A stretch of DNA of 63,652 nt, counting the filler, from Octopus bimaculoides (Eukaryota), in NCBI RefSeq assembly GCF_001194135.2. It is 7 parts of 7 records of this genome, joined end to end, with 100 filler letters (N's around TTAATTAATTAA, not from the genome) between each part and the next. Parts side by side here need not be neighbours in the genome. Positions count along the whole stretch, not along the records: positions 1 to 17,988 come from NC_069003.1; positions 18,089 to 33,118 come from NC_068986.1; 5 more parts are not named here. One strand, written 5' to 3'. Positions 11,465 to 24,999 of this stretch are shown here, piece after piece (within the stretch, counting starts at the first letter, position 1; the number at the start of each line of letters is the position of its first letter). The notes under the pieces were generated by a model that made no database searches, was not told where the DNA came from, and saw only the letters and a list, made by a program, of their open reading frames with translations. The position numbers and the translations under genes were made by a program.

Positions 11465-14400
11465 GAATATAGATCTGTTAGCCTTAAAAAGCTACGTTAC
11501 GAGCAATGTTTGCATTCAGAGAACTCAGTGGTGGTGCTGTCTCAAAAATTTAACCCTAGACAGACAGATCCATCCCCTAATGTCAGCGTACAAGCTCGTG
11601 ATGCCTCAATGATAACAAAGCAAAATACACACCGAATCCGCTGCCACCCGAGACAACAAGGGCCGCACACCCCAGTGAGGAACCAAACTACGTACAAAGA
11701 ATCAGCTACTGGTTTAAATCTTCCCGAAACACAGAAGATGGAAGTACCCCACAACTGGAATATTCCAACAGATGGCCATCCACTCTCATCATAAAAACAA
11801 ACAAAAGAAATAGAATTAAATACGGTCAAGGGGAGATAATAAAGAAGTTCTTAAGGCCTTCTATCATGCCATGTATTTCCCCCCAAAATAAATCTAATAC
11901 TGAACAATCCTATCTAAACTGGAGACAGAAGGACCTTTTAGAGATTGACCAAGTTACACAATCAGTAAGGGATAAAAGGAACGAGGTTCCAACTAAGGAA
12001 GATATGACTGAGGAAATAATTATAAAGCAACCTAAGTCTGACGAAAATGCAATAATGATTGAAAGAGTTAATGTAACTGATAAGCAAACTGAAACAATGT
12101 CTGAACCAACCATAAACACCAAGGCAGATGAAAGTCAACTAGATGAAGAAAGTCACACAGAAATTGACCCTACTGAACCAGATGATCTAAAATATCAAAT
12201 CATGATTGATTGGTTAAAAATTAAAAAAACTAGTATGAATGAACGTGATACTCTCCCAAAAATTCGTAACTCTGACCAAAACCTGAAAGTAATTGGTAAA
12301 ATTCGCCTTGCAATTAAGGATATAATTTCAGCTAATGATGATGATATTACAGATCTCAGCCACCTGTACTATGTGTCTGCGAAGATTTAAACGAGTCTAT
12401 GTGGTAAAAATATTAGAAACCGATAACATTCCCACAAAACTCCTACTTGGCAAGAGAGTATTCAATACCAAATTCAGCTACTTAGGTCTGACATAGAATG
12501 TTCAAAAAATCTTAACCAACAAAAATTCGAAAATTAAAGAAAAAGTAAAATGTGAAATCCATACTTGACATCGATACCAGCATACAAACTATCAAGCAAA
12601 AGGTATGTGCTAAAGCTGCCCGATTAACAAGCTATGAAAAACGCGTTGTATTCTTCAAGGACAACATGTTAAAAAATCACTCCAAAACTTTTTACAGGAA
12701 GATAGGGAAAATACCAGTTGCAGTAAAGTCTGTCCCACCAAAAGAAGTGCAGGAATTTTGGAATCAAATTTGGGTAGAAGAAAAAACACACAATAAAAAA
12801 GACACAATAAAAAAGACACTTGGATTGATAGAATATCTAATGACTTAGACTCCTTAGAGGGGAAAAAATGGGAGAGTATCAAGATAGAAGATGTAAGATC
12901 TGCTCTCAAGGAGTCAAGCAAATGGAAGTCTCCAGAAAAGGAGAAAATCCTTAGCTTCTGGTTCAATGCCTTCCTAGAGACTCATGAACTGCTAACAAAA
13001 CGTTACAATGTTTTGCAACAACCTAGTATGATTCCCTCTTGGCTAGTTAATAGCGTTACATTCCTACTCCCAAAAAATGAAGAAACAAATGAACCAAAAC
13101 ATTATAGACCCATAACCTTCTTAACAACAATGTATAAAATACTAACATTTGTCTTGAATATACCTATAGATTTTTTTTTATAGAGAGTGGCATATTCCCT
13201 AGTGAGCAAAAATGATGTAAATGTGGGTCTTATGGTTGTAAAGATCAGTTACTCATCAATAAGATGATCTTGGAAGAGTGTTACAAACGACACAAAACTT
13301 GTCGATATCCTGGAAAGACTATAAAAAAGCTTTTGATAGTCTATCACAGCTGGATTAAGAAATGTCTGGAAATGTATAAAATAGCACCTACTCTGCGAAA
13401 CTTCTTGTTTGTAAGTATAAGATCCTGGAGAACCACACTGACTTTGAACAGTGACAATGAATCTCTTAATGCTGCCGATGTAAGAATTTCATGTGGCATT
13501 TTCCAGGGTGACTCCCTATCACCAATCCTCTTTTGTTTAGCCTTAATACCTCTGTCGAAATTGATCCATTACGTACAATATGGCTATAAAATGTTTGATA
13601 AAAATATAAATCATCTCTTTTACATGGATGATTTAAAGTTCTTTGAAAGAAATGACTAACAGCTACCATCAGGTCGCAATCTGTCCTCGATAAATGTGCA
13701 AGAGCGATCTTTATCAAAGGAAAAAAAATTATAGAAACATCCAACGTTTATCTTGACCAACGGAATGAAAGGGGTTATAACCAGCAGAGAGCTACAAATA
13801 CCTAGGGTATTTGAAGGTGATAAAATCCAACATACAATGATGAGGGAAGGGATCAGAAAAGAATGTTAAGGGCAATACGCAATACAGAGTTGAATACAAG
13901 AAACAGGATCGAAGCGATCAATACTTTAGCCATACAAGTCGTAACTTACAGTTTCAATATCATAAACTGGTCAATTACTGAAATCTGAGAGAAAAATCTT
14001 GAGAAAAAAATTGCTGACAATGAATAGAATGCACCACCCTAAAGCAGATATGGAACGACTTTACCTGCCAAGGAAAGAGGATGACCGTGGACTTTTACAA
14101 CTGAAATTAACAATGAAGATTTGGCCTAGACACCTACCTGAAAAACTCTGGTGACTGGATGTTAAAATTTGTCTTAAAGCATGAAAACAAAAAAAAACCA
14201 TCATACTCAGTAACTAAACGGGCAAAGAAATAGCTAAGTGAATTCCAAATACAACAAATCCCAGAATTAGATGTACTGGAAACAAGCACAGAAAATGCTG
14301 AGCGTATGAAAGCCCTTGCTAAAACTGCTGCCGTAGATATTCTTACTGATAAATTGCAAGAAAAACCGCTCAATGGCAAATACCCAAAGAGAGCTAATAA

Positions 14401-15299
14401 TGCCGATGCCCTAACCCATCAATGGTTAATGTCTTCTGGCTTAAAATCAGAAACAGGGAGGTTTGTCATAGCAGCCCAAGATCAATGCCTACCTACCTAC
14501 AAGGAGCTACCAGACCAACATATTAAAGAACGGCAGTAGCCTAACATGTCGTGTATGTAAACAACAAAATGAAACCATTGATCATGTTGTTTCCATGTGC
14601 AGTCCTCTTGCGCTTACATAGTATCTCAACAGGCATGATAGAGCAGCACAGTATATTTACTGGGTACTTTGCAAAGACTTGGACCTGCCCCATGAAAAAA
14701 ACTGGTGGGAACACAAACTACCGACAGTGCTTGAAAATTACCACATTTCACTCCTCTGGAACTTCAGCGTTCAAACTGACAGAAAGATAGATGCAAATAG
14801 GCCAAACATTATATTGAAGGACTTGAGACATAGACCATGCTTCCTCATTGATATTACTATCTAAATTGACAGAAATGTAGCTGTCATGACCTATCAAAAT
14901 CTGAGCAAGTATAAGGATCTTGAAATAGAAATTGGCAAAATGTAGAACCTCAAGACTAAAACAATATCTATAGTCATAGGTGCCTCAAGAATGATGGCAA
15001 ACGGTGCTGATTCCTACCTAGCTCTCATACCAGGAAACTCCAAAATAGCAGAAATTCAAAAGATATTGCTTATGGGAATTGCCCATATCCCACGCAAAAT
15101 ACTATGTAATTTCAAATTTTAAAATAAACTGATAATTTTCTTCTATTTTCTTAAACATTCTCTAGAACAATACTTTGTGCAAAACCAAATATATGGCACC
15201 CTAGTCATAACACCAACATAAACTTCTAACTTGTTATCTCTTGAGGTCTCTGGGTGAGACTTGGAGTCAACTTGTACAAATACAAAGCAAGAGTCAAAC
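11465..15299 (+). mobile_element. Long, decayed R4/Dong-clade retrotransposon, copy 3 (same family as copy 2)
   Basis: N-terminal region, W..K.PG.D.I..FW-like motif (about 12920-12965), YRPIT..TTMYKILT (13102), DQLLINKMILE, YKKAFDS, GIFQGDSLSPILFCLAL, YMDDLK, CRVC..H....C knuckle (14546), RPN (degenerate RPD), KY.DL. The 3' UTR matches copy 2 and ends at (TAA)n. Confidence 0.93.
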
Positions 15300-15328
15300 A
15301 TAATAATAAAATTAATAATAATAATAAT

Positions 15329-15828
15329 TGCCCAGACGCAGTACCAAGCAGTGGCTCCCATGGCTTCTCATCTTAACTGACTGGAAGTGTTAACACGTAC
15401 ATTGCTTCGTCTTGGTATAAACGATGGGCTACAGTAAATATTCTGCTCAGTACCATACATTTCCTTGTCAGTTGTTTGACCTTAACCAGGTTGAGCACGT
15501 CCATTAGCGGCTGACAATATGCACATCTCTGTTCACGAACACTAAGTAAATGGGGACCAACATACCCACGTGTTGAGAGGAATTCTTTGAGGTATGAATC
15601 ATTCACCTCAGAAAAATGGGTGTTTCGTTCAACATCCTTAAACAACCCTTATTCAGGGATCTTTTGAGCAGAATGGGCTACTCCATCTGAAGAAAATTCT
15701 AACAAAGCCCCACCTGCAAGCTCATGTGCCTCGTGTACTCTTATCAGACGATTAGTCATGATGAGTATACTGGGCTTCGCATATTTTACACCAGTGTCAC
15801 TTTGATAGCATGCACTGCTTTCTAACTC
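15329..15828. mobile_element. Element X, copy 2
   Basis: Homologous to 9564-10097. (TAA)n on both sides. Confidence 0.8.
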
Positions 15829-15846
15829 AATGATAATAATAATAAT

Positions 15847-16222
15847 GGTTTCAAATTTTACTACAAGGGCAGCAATTTTTTTCGGAAGAGAGGATGAGTC
15901 GATTATATCGACCCCAGTGTTTAACTGGTACTTATTTTATTGACCCCGAAAGGAAGAAGAAGAAGAAGAAGAAGAAGAAGAAGAAGAACTATTATTATCA
16001 TTATCATTATTATCATTATTTCAAATTCTTGCCACAAGGGCAGCTTGATCCCAGTGGGATCACATTGATCCCAGTGTTCAACTGGTAGTTATTTTATCGA
16101 CCCCGAAAGGATGAAAGGCAAAGACGACCCTGGGGGAATTTGAACTCAGAACATAAAAATGGACGAAATGCCTCTAAGCATCTGGTCCAACGTGCTAACG
16201 ATTCTGCCAGCTCACCGCCTTA
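15847..16222 (-). mobile_element. SINE family B (one near-full copy plus an extra 3' part, separated by (GAA)n/(ATT)n)
   Basis: The ccagtgtt(t/c)aactggta.ttatttt..gaccccgaaagga block occurs twice. The B box (ggaatttgaactc) is at about 16135-16147. Confidence 0.8.
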
Positions 16223-16230
16223 ATAATAAT

Positions 16231-16313
<83 letters not shown>

Positions 16314-16346
16314 TAACAATAATAATAATAACAACAGTGATAAGTA

Positions 16347-16896
16347 CTCTGATGCAATATCAAGCACTGTGTCTCATGGCTTCTGATCTTAACTGATTAG
16401 AAGCGTACATGATTTGTCTTGGTATAAAAGATGGGCTACAGCAAATATTCTGCTTAGTATCACAGATTTGCTTATCAGTTGTTTGACCTTAACCAGTTGA
16501 GTATGTCCCTTGGTGGCTGACGATATGTGCATCTCTGATCACGAGCAGAAGTAGAAGGGGAGCATCATAGCCATGTGTTGAGAGGAATACTTTGGGGCTT
16601 GAATAATTCATCTCTGGAAACATGAGCGTTTCGTTCAAAATTTTATTTCGTTCAAAATCTTATTTAGGAACCTTTTGAGCGGAATGGGCTACTCGACCTG
16701 AAGAAAATTCTAGCAGGGCCTCACCTGCAACGTCATGCGTCGTTTACCTTGATACGAGATCATCATATCACGTACATATGATTGTGATGCATGTGCCTGG
16801 TGTACCCATATCAGACGTTTAGTCCTGATGGTTATATTGGGCTTCGTATATTTGTATTCCAGTGTCACTTTGATGGCATGCGCTATTCTCTCACTC
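16347..16896. mobile_element. Element X, copy 3
   Basis: Homologous to copies 1 and 2. Preceded by (CAA)n/(TAA)n and followed by (TAA)n. Confidence 0.8.
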
Positions 16897-16925
16897 AATA
16901 ATAATAATAATAATAATAGTAATAA

Positions 16926-17131
16926 TTTCAAATTTTGGCACAAAGCCAGCAATTTTGAGGGGAAAGGATAAGTGCTAATGTAATACTTAATTTTATAGGC
17001 CACGATAAAATGAAAAATGAAGGTGACCGCATAGGAATTTGATCTCAGAACATAAAGAGCCGAAAGAAATGCTACAAAGCATTTTCTGTTGTATGCTAAC
17101 GTTTCTACCTGCTCGCGGCATTCGCCGCCCT
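16926..17131 (-). mobile_element. SINE family B (diverged)
   Basis: tttcaaattttggcacaa tail and ggaatttgatctcagaac B-box remnant. Confidence 0.7.
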
Positions 17132-17388
17132 AACAATCATCTTTATTAAGACGAAATAGCGAGGAAATTTAGAGGACGTTGCTGCTGTTGTTTTTGTGGT
17201 GGTGGTTGTTGTTGTTGTTATTCTGCTGGTGGGGGCGTAGTAGTTGTTGTTATTATTATTGTACTGGTGATGATGATGGTCTTGGTGATGGTGGTGGCGG
17301 TGGATGTGCAGCTAAAAGCTATGGAGGGTTTCAGCAAGTAAACGTGTACAAAATAGACATGTATTTAAAGGAAGAATTTCTCATTGTG

Positions 17389-17475
<87 letters not shown>

Positions 17476-17767
17476 ACGTGAATGTGTACACGTGTGTGAG
17501 TGTGTTATATGTCAACGTGCGCGTTCATTCAATTTAACAGTTTATCTCGTTTTTTGTGACTTTGTGACAACACGGCGACATAAAGACATTTTAATGGCGA
17601 ATATGTTGTTATTGACTTGAATACATACATATATACATACATGCATGCGTACATAAATACATATTTACATACATACATGCATGTATCCACCTACACATAT
17701 AAATATTTTATGTATATATAAATATATATATGTGTGTGTGTATCAGTGTTTATATATGCATGTCTGA

Positions 17768-17845
<78 letters not shown>

Positions 17846-17988
17846 ACATATTCCCATACTGTATATATGTGTACACAAGTATTTTTGGATAGAAATGCAT
17901 TTGTATTTGTGTTGAAGCATATATAGACATAAACATATGTTTTATGTTTATATTTATAAATTTATATTCATAAAGATATACATATATA

Positions 17989-18088
17989 NNNNNNNNNNNN
18001 NNNNNNNNNNNNNNNNNNNNNNNNNNNNNNNNTTAATTAATTAANNNNNNNNNNNNNNNNNNNNNNNNNNNNNNNNNNNNNNNNNNNN
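17989..18088. other. Artificial 100-bp scaffold spacer N44-TTAATTAATTAA-N44
   Basis: The same 12-mer, with stops in all six frames, sits in N gaps at 18033, 33163, 44794, 50426, 58825 and 62430. Confidence 0.97.
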
Positions 18089-18128
<40 letters not shown>

Positions 18129-19327
18129 TTGTTTGTTTCACATGAGCAATTTCATATTTCCTTGCAGCTAACATGTATTGTCCATCCCGGATGAACTCTG
18201 ACTTTTGAACTCTTGTTTTTGAGGTTTAAAATAATTCACTCATTAGAAAAGAAAATATCTTTCAATTTTTCATTTTAATTATTCATTCAATTCTATTATC
18301 CAAATAACCACCCCATCCAGCCTCACCAAATTTCAAGCACTCTTAAACACACATGTATATACATATATCAATAAACTTATAATGACCCCTTCTCTCCTTC
18401 ATTGTACACACATATTTCCACACTTATTTAAAATCTCCTTGTACCTTTTACCAAGTTTTTTGTGTGTTTTTCTCTACTCACATTGAGCCAATATATGTTG
18501 TTCATTTCCTATAAACCCAGACATTTCAACCTTAGGTTTAAGATTTCAAGAGACAAGCTACCATTAGCTGATATTACAAGCAATACCCATCCATCCTATC
18601 TGTCTATCTGTTTGTCTCTCTATGAAGCTAGCTAGCTAGCCATACACACATACACACATTTCGAGTTTAATTATAATTATTTACTCAATTCTATTATCCC
18701 ATTAGCTATCCTTAATAACTTCCACTATATTCCACACAGACACTCAAATGCATGCATGCATATGCACACATTCACTCACCCACAATTAGCTATACCAACA
18801 TGTAGACACATACACACATGCATGATGAATAATGAACAAATATATCACAAATCCTTTGCCCCCCCCCACTATCACTCAGACATATTCAGATCTCCATACC
18901 TGTTCAAAATTTTCTCCTTCATTATCTCCCGTAACCCTCATTTTTATTTGTGCCATCTTTTCATACCATCTAATTTTCTCTCCCTCTAGCTTTTGTGTTT
19001 TACATCCCATATATTCTCTGGTTTTAAGATTCAGTAACAAGCTGCTATTAATAGCAAAGAAATGTATTTCAGCCTTGGATTCAAATTCAATTAATTACTT
19101 GTTTCCATTATTCCATTAGCCACAACTTCTAACCACATCATTAATTCCAGGCACGCATTTATCTACATAAACATAATTAACTATACTAACTTATAGACAC
19201 AGCTTTATGTGTGTGTGTGTGTGTGTGTGTATGCATGCATGTGTGCGTGTGTGTGTGTAGTGTGAGTGTATGCTAATGAAGTTCATAAGATAATCATTTA
19301 TTCTTTTGTCATCTCATTTTCTTATAG

Positions 19328-19367
<40 letters not shown>

Positions 19368-19387
19368 ATATATATATATATATGTAC

Positions 19388-19430
<43 letters not shown>

Positions 19431-19934
19431 TATATACATATATNNNNNNNNNNNNNNNNNNNNNNNNNNNNNNNNNNNNNNNNNNNNNNNNNNNNNNNNN
19501 NNNNNNNNNNNNNNNNNNNNNNNNNNNNNNNNNNNNNNNNNNNNNNNNNNNNNNNNNNNNNNNNNNNNNNNNNNNNNNNNNNNNNNNNNNNNNNNNNNNN
19601 NNNNNNNNNNNNNNNNNNNNNNNNNNNNNNNNNNNTTTACTGTCAACTTAATGTGACAGACCCATTAAGGGAATCATACTGCTGCTATTTAGCCCTAAGA
19701 AGCTGGACCGCTTCCTGTTGGCCTTGACACATTTCCTGTGTCCTTATATTTGTGAAGGGGAGACAAGCTTTCCCACCCAGCTTCAGTCTGAAATCAGGGA
19801 CATGTTTCTGAGTCATTGCTCGTCATCAGCCTGAAGTAGCCGACCAGCTGGTTGAAAAAGCATGTCTAGCCTTCACAAATATATATATTTTCAGTGAAAA
19901 CACATTCACTGGTTACAAAATTAGAAGTATACAT

Positions 19935-20144
19935 GAGTACAGGATGTCACCAACAGTAAACAACATGAAATACGAAAACATATTGAGTTAAACAACAAGA
20001 GTAAAAAATGGAAAACTGGACCAGTAACACAAAGAATGACCCTTCATCAGTTGTCGGTTGTCTTTCTACTCCACATTTCAAGCATTGAATGATAATATGA
20101 GTCTTCGAAGACAGTGGGTCTCATAAATACCAAAAGAAAATTTT
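19935..20144 (-). mobile_element. PLE-type terminal-repeat fragment (inverted homologue of 21038-21255)
   Basis: Its reverse complement aligns with 21038-21255 (ctgtcttcgaagactcatatt..caactgatgaagggtc..tcctgtact). Confidence 0.7.
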
Positions 20145-20151
20145 ATATACA

Positions 20152-20613
20152 TACGAGGGGCTGTATTATTCTTAGCTACTGAAATGCCTCCGAGAAGCAA
20201 TAAAAGAAAAAAGGCAGGGGATGCTCACTAGAGGAGTCCTTTTTCATCACGACAATGCTCCAGCTCACATCTCAGTGGTTGCCATGGCAACAATTCGTGA
20301 TTGTGGTAACGAAATTGTTCCCCATCCACCTTATTTGCCAGACTTATTCCCCTCTGACTTTCATCTATTCCCAAAAATGAAAAAAGCCCTGGCTGGTCAC
20401 CATTTTGCCAGTGACAATGGTGTCATAGATGCTGTAGGAAGTTTCTTGGAGTCTCAAACAAAAGAGATCTTCTACGTCGAGATAATGGCGCTTCAGCACC
20501 ACTGGAGAAAATGTTCAGCCATCGAGGGGGATTATGTTGAAAAATAAATTATCAGAAGTCTTGTACTATGTTTTGGTTTTTTGAGGCTCAAGACTTTTCA
20601 TACACCCCTTGTA
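20152..20613 (+). mobile_element. Internally deleted mariner (D34D) with both ends
   Basis: Starts TA|CGAGGGG and ends gacttttcatacaccccttg|TA. ORF 20221-20547 reads HHDNAPAH..PHPPYLPDLFPSDFHLFP..W.KC...GDYVEK*, with 34 residues between the two aspartates. Confidence 0.92.
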
Positions 20614-21037
20614 TATATTATTTATATTATCATCTAATTGAATACCAGACATCCATTTCTAAATAAGTTTATCTTAACCTTTTTGATGCAACTCTACTCT
20701 ATACTGTTTTCTCCCCCATTTTTCTTTAATTGCCTTTTTCTCCCCTTCATTGTTTTTTATCTGTTTCTCTCTCTCCCCTCTTTTGCTTTTTCTCTCTCTC
20801 GTTGCTCACATGTGACCATCCTCTATCTTTCTTTTCCTCCACAACATCCTAAGGACTGGACGTTTTCTTTCTATCTCTCTCTTCTATCTTTTCTCTTTTC
20901 AAAGAAAATATCTCTCTCATCATTTGCTATTTTCCCCTTGTTCTGGTCTAACAACCTTCCATGTTTGTTTTCGTTCGGTTTCCTTGTATGTCTCCACTGT
21001 CCTGTTTTTGTTCCCAACTTTGACGCTCCATAAATCC

Positions 21038-21410
21038 AAAATTTTATTTTGGTATTTATGGGAGCATCTGTCTTCGAAGACTCATATTGCCATTCAATGC
21101 TCGAAATAAGGAGTAGATAAACAGCCAACAACTGATGAAGGGTCGTTCTTTGTGTTATTGGTCCTGTTTTCCACCTTTTACTCTCGTTGTTTACATATTT
21201 AACTCATTTGTTTTCGTATTTCATGTTGTGTACAGTTGGTGATGTCCTGTACTAATATATTCCTTTTTTTCTCTCTGCATTCTTTTCTGTAGAAGAGCGT
21301 AGGCTTGAAACGTTAAAGACTTTTTCACTTCCCGAGCATTATACTAATACATCTGTTTGTTTTCTACACCACCTGTCTTCGTCTTATGTTTTTTTGTGAA
21401 TTCTCCCTAT
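21038..21410 (+). mobile_element. PLE-type terminal repeat carrying a degenerate hammerhead motif
   Basis: The 3' part is homologous to 26410-26530, which follows a GIY-YIG ORF. It ends at (TA)n. Confidence 0.7.
21281..21319 (+). ncRNA. Degenerate minimal type I hammerhead ribozyme (core mutated to CUGUAGA)
   Basis: TCTTTT-CTGTAGA-A-GAGC GTAG GCTT-GAAA-CGT-T-AAAGA. Helix I is CTTT/AAAG-type and helix III is the palindromic ACGT. Confidence 0.55.
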
Positions 21411-22852
21411 ATATATATATATNNNNNNNNNNNNNNNNNNNNNNNNNNNNNNNNNNNNNNNNNNNNNNNNNNNNNNNNNNNNNNNNNNNNNNNNNNNNNN
21501 NNNNNNNNNNNNNNNNNNNNNNNNNNNNNNNNNNNNNNNNNNNNNNNNNNNNNNNNNNNNNNNNNNNNNNNNNNNNNNNNNNNNNNNNNNNNNNNNNNNN
21601 NNNNNNNNNNNNNNNNNNNNNNNNNNNNNNNNNNNNNNNNNNNNNNNNNNNNNNNNNNNNNNNNNNNNNNNNNNNNNNNNNNNNNNNNNNNNNNNNNNNN
21701 NNNNNNNNNNNNNNNNNNNNNNNNNNNNNNNNNNNNNNNNNNNNNNNNNNNNNNNNNNNNNNNNNNNNNNNNNNNNNNNNNNNNNNNNNNNNNNNNNNNN
21801 NNNNNNNNNNNNNNNNNNNNNNNNNNNNNNNNNNNNNNNNNNNNNNNNNNNNNNNNNNNNNNNNNNNNNNNNNNNNNNNNNNNNNNNNNNNNNNNNNNNN
21901 NNNNNNNNNNNNNNNNNNNNNNNNNNNNNNNNNNNNNNNNNNNNNNNNNNNNNNNNNNNNNNNNNNNNNNNNNNNNNNNNNNNNNNNNNNNNNNNNNNNN
22001 NNNNNNNNNNNNNNNNNNNNNNNNNNNNNNNNNNNNNNNNNNNNNNNNNNNNNNNNNNNNNNNNNNNNNNNNNNNNNNNNNNNNNNNNNNNNNNNNNNNN
22101 NNNNNNNNNNNNNNNNNNNNNNNNNNNNNNNNNNNNNNNNNNNNNNNACTAAAGACAGGTTTGTTTTTACTCTTCTCTTCTGTTTTTTGTTCTGTGTGTG
22201 CCATAGATATCGCCATCCGTTAGAGAAAAATTTGTAGTGTGGAATCAGTAGTTCTTTGACTGCTATTTCTGAATTCTCAGTATGTTGGAGAAGCAGGCTT
22301 CTGCTAATCCCTGCATATTTATGATTATAAATGGTTTTACCGATAAAGGTTTTTTCATACTGAGCTACTCGGCAAAATTGTTAATTATTAATTTTATTAC
22401 TAATTGACGATTCCCTGCCCTATATATATATATATATATATTGCATGTGATATGTTATTGCAGTCTGGGTATACTGTAAGCTTTCCACTATCCAGTTTGT
22501 CTCATTTAGGCCAACTCTACTAGAGCTGATTTATTATCAAAGGCATACCAGCAGTGATTATCCCATCTTACATGGGCTATGCAAAAGTGCATTACATACA
22601 TCTCACTCATAAACAAATTGCCAATCTAATGGTTGGATATGGACCATCTATCAACTCATTCATATCCTCTCTCTGAGAGAAGGGAGTCTCTACCTAGTTA
22701 CTTGCCTGTTAGAAACTGCAGCTAAATCTCTTTCAAACCCCATCTTACCACATTTGATAATAGCCATACATACCTCTAAAGAGGTTGGAATATCTTTGAT
22801 TACAGGTCAGCTCAATCAAAATTCAACAACTCTCTTTATTTCTATATGGTAT

Positions 22853-24106
22853 CATCATCATCATCATCATCGTTTAACGTCCGCTTTCCATGCTTGCATG
22901 GGTTGGACGATTTGACTGAGGACTGGTGAAACCGGATGGCAACACCAGGCTCCAGTCTGATTTGGCAGAGTTTCTACAGCTGGATGCCCTTCCTAACGCC
23001 AACCACTCAGAGAGTGTAGTGGGTGCTTTTACTTGTCACCCGCACGAAAACGGCCACGCTCGAAATGGTGTCTTTTATGTGCCNNNNNNNNNNNNNNNNN
23101 NNNNNNNNNNNNNNNNNNNNNNNNNNNNNNNNNNNNNNNNNNNNNNNNNNNNNNNNNNNNNNNNNNNNNNNNNNNNNNNNNNNNNNNNNNNNNNNNNNNN
23201 NNNNNNNNNNNNNNNNNNNNNNNNNNNNNNNNNNNNNNNNNNNNNNNNNNNNNNNNNNNNNNNNNNNNNNNNNNNNNNNNNNNNNNNNNNNNNNNNNNNN
23301 NNNNNNNNNNNNNNNNNNNNNNNNNNNNNNNNNNNNNNNNNNNNNNNNNNNNNNNNNNNNNNNNNNNNNNNNNNNNNNNNNNNNNNNNNNNNNNNNNNNN
23401 NNNNNNNNNNNNNNNNNNNNNNNNNNNNNNNNNNNNNNNNNNNNNNNNNNNNNNNNNNNNNNNNNNNNNNNNNNNNNNNNNNNNNNNNNNNNNNNNNNNN
23501 NNNNNNNNNNNNNNNNNNNNNNNNNNNNNNNNNNNNNNNNNNNNNNNNNNNNNNNNNNNNNNNNNNNNNNNNNNNNNNNNNNNNNNNNNNNNNNNNNNNN
23601 NNNNNNNNNNNNNNNNNNNNNNNNNNNNNNNNNNNNNNNNNNNNNNNNNNNNNNNNNNNNNNNNNNNNNNNNNNNNNNNNNNNNNNNNNNNNNNNNNNNN
23701 NNNNNNNNNNNNNNNNNNNNNNNNNNNNNNNNTTCCTTGCGAGCTTACGTATGTCCTCAGCAGTTACAGCCCATGTTTCACTGCCATGTAGCATGGTTGT
23801 TCGTACGCATGCGTCATACAGTCTGCCTTTTACTCTGAGTGAGAGTCCCTTTGTCGCCAGCAGGGGTAAGAGCTCTCTAAACTTTGCCCAGGCTATTCTT
23901 ATTCTAGCAGCTACACTTTCAGCGCACCCACCCCCACTACTAACTTGGTCGCCCAGATAGCGGAAGCTATCGACTACCTCTAGTTTTTCACCCTGGAATG
24001 AGATAGAAGTTGTTTCCTGTTTGTTTGCAGTCTTTATTGCACCTGAACATCTGCCACAAACAAAAACTAACTTGCTAATGTCATACATACATTTGAAATC
24101 CAGCAT
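22853..24106 (-). mobile_element. 5'-truncated RTE-clade LINE (middle in gap)
   Basis: FVCGRC..LEVVDSFRYLGD..RIRIAWAKFRELLPLL..KGRLYDACVRTTMLHGSETW (23733-24106). The 3' UTR has GGCGTTAGGAAGGGCATCCAGCTGTAGAAAC, a CCATGC/GCATGG hairpin and a (GAT)n tail. Confidence 0.92.
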
Positions 24107-24999
24107 CTAATCTGCAGTCAGGTTGTTATTGTATAGATCCATGTTAAAATGCAGACCAGCATAGCAATGCTTCTTTTGTGAGCTTGGAATTTAGGACTAT
24201 ATTATTCAATGTGGCCTTCTAATTTGTTAAGATAATGAGAGCAATATTACCAGTTTAGTATTTTTAATGCTTGTTTGAGAATATTCTTGAGCAAGTTAGA
24301 AGGAATTTCTAGAATCTACCATTTCAAAAAAAAAAAAAAAAGAATTTTTTTCAAATTTAGCAGTTTTAGCATTAAATACATATATGTGTGTAGGTGTGCA
24401 TATATACAAACTAAAGAAAAGATCACTTCATGCATCATATACAGTTCATTGGCTCATGACTCACACAACCATTGCTTTCATAGGACGGAATCCATGTCTA
24501 ATTGATGAGATGATTCTGATGAGTGGAATACCACCTTTTCAATGTTCATAATGTTAAGTTTAGCTATTCTTACCTAAATAACACCTCTAGCATTACATAC
24601 TCTAACTGAAAACATACATCTGCACAGCTGCTACCACAGCAACCAACCTGTAGCAGCTGAAATCAGGCCACTGGCCATTGAGAAGGTTCTGCCTTTCCAA
24701 AGTAGTATTATAGTTACATTCACTCCAGTAGACCGTACACAAAGGAACTATACAGGGCTTTACCCCAGGGACTTCAAAGGTATAATCAACATTTAAACTT
24801 TTTAGGTCCAGAAAATATATAAACAGAACTTCTATATCTTACTTCATATGGAAGCAAAAGATGTGTAAAGGACAAGACTCTCCACAATAATTTGGCATAT
24901 TGTTGATTGAAACCCTGTATACTCCAGGAGCTTACTTAGGCACAACCTATATCAGAGAAATTGCATATTCTGAAGCAGCCCACAAAATCTCTAAATAGA

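Noticed and set aside
21090-21155. GAAA...CTGATGA order suggesting a type II hammerhead (also at 20030-20095 and 57885-57930)
   Set aside because: Helix II can be drawn, but helix I cannot be formed in any of the three copies.
24515-24545. CTGATGA-GTGG AATA CCAC, a hammerhead-like 5' half
   Set aside because: It is followed by CTTT rather than GAAA, and helices I and III cannot be built.
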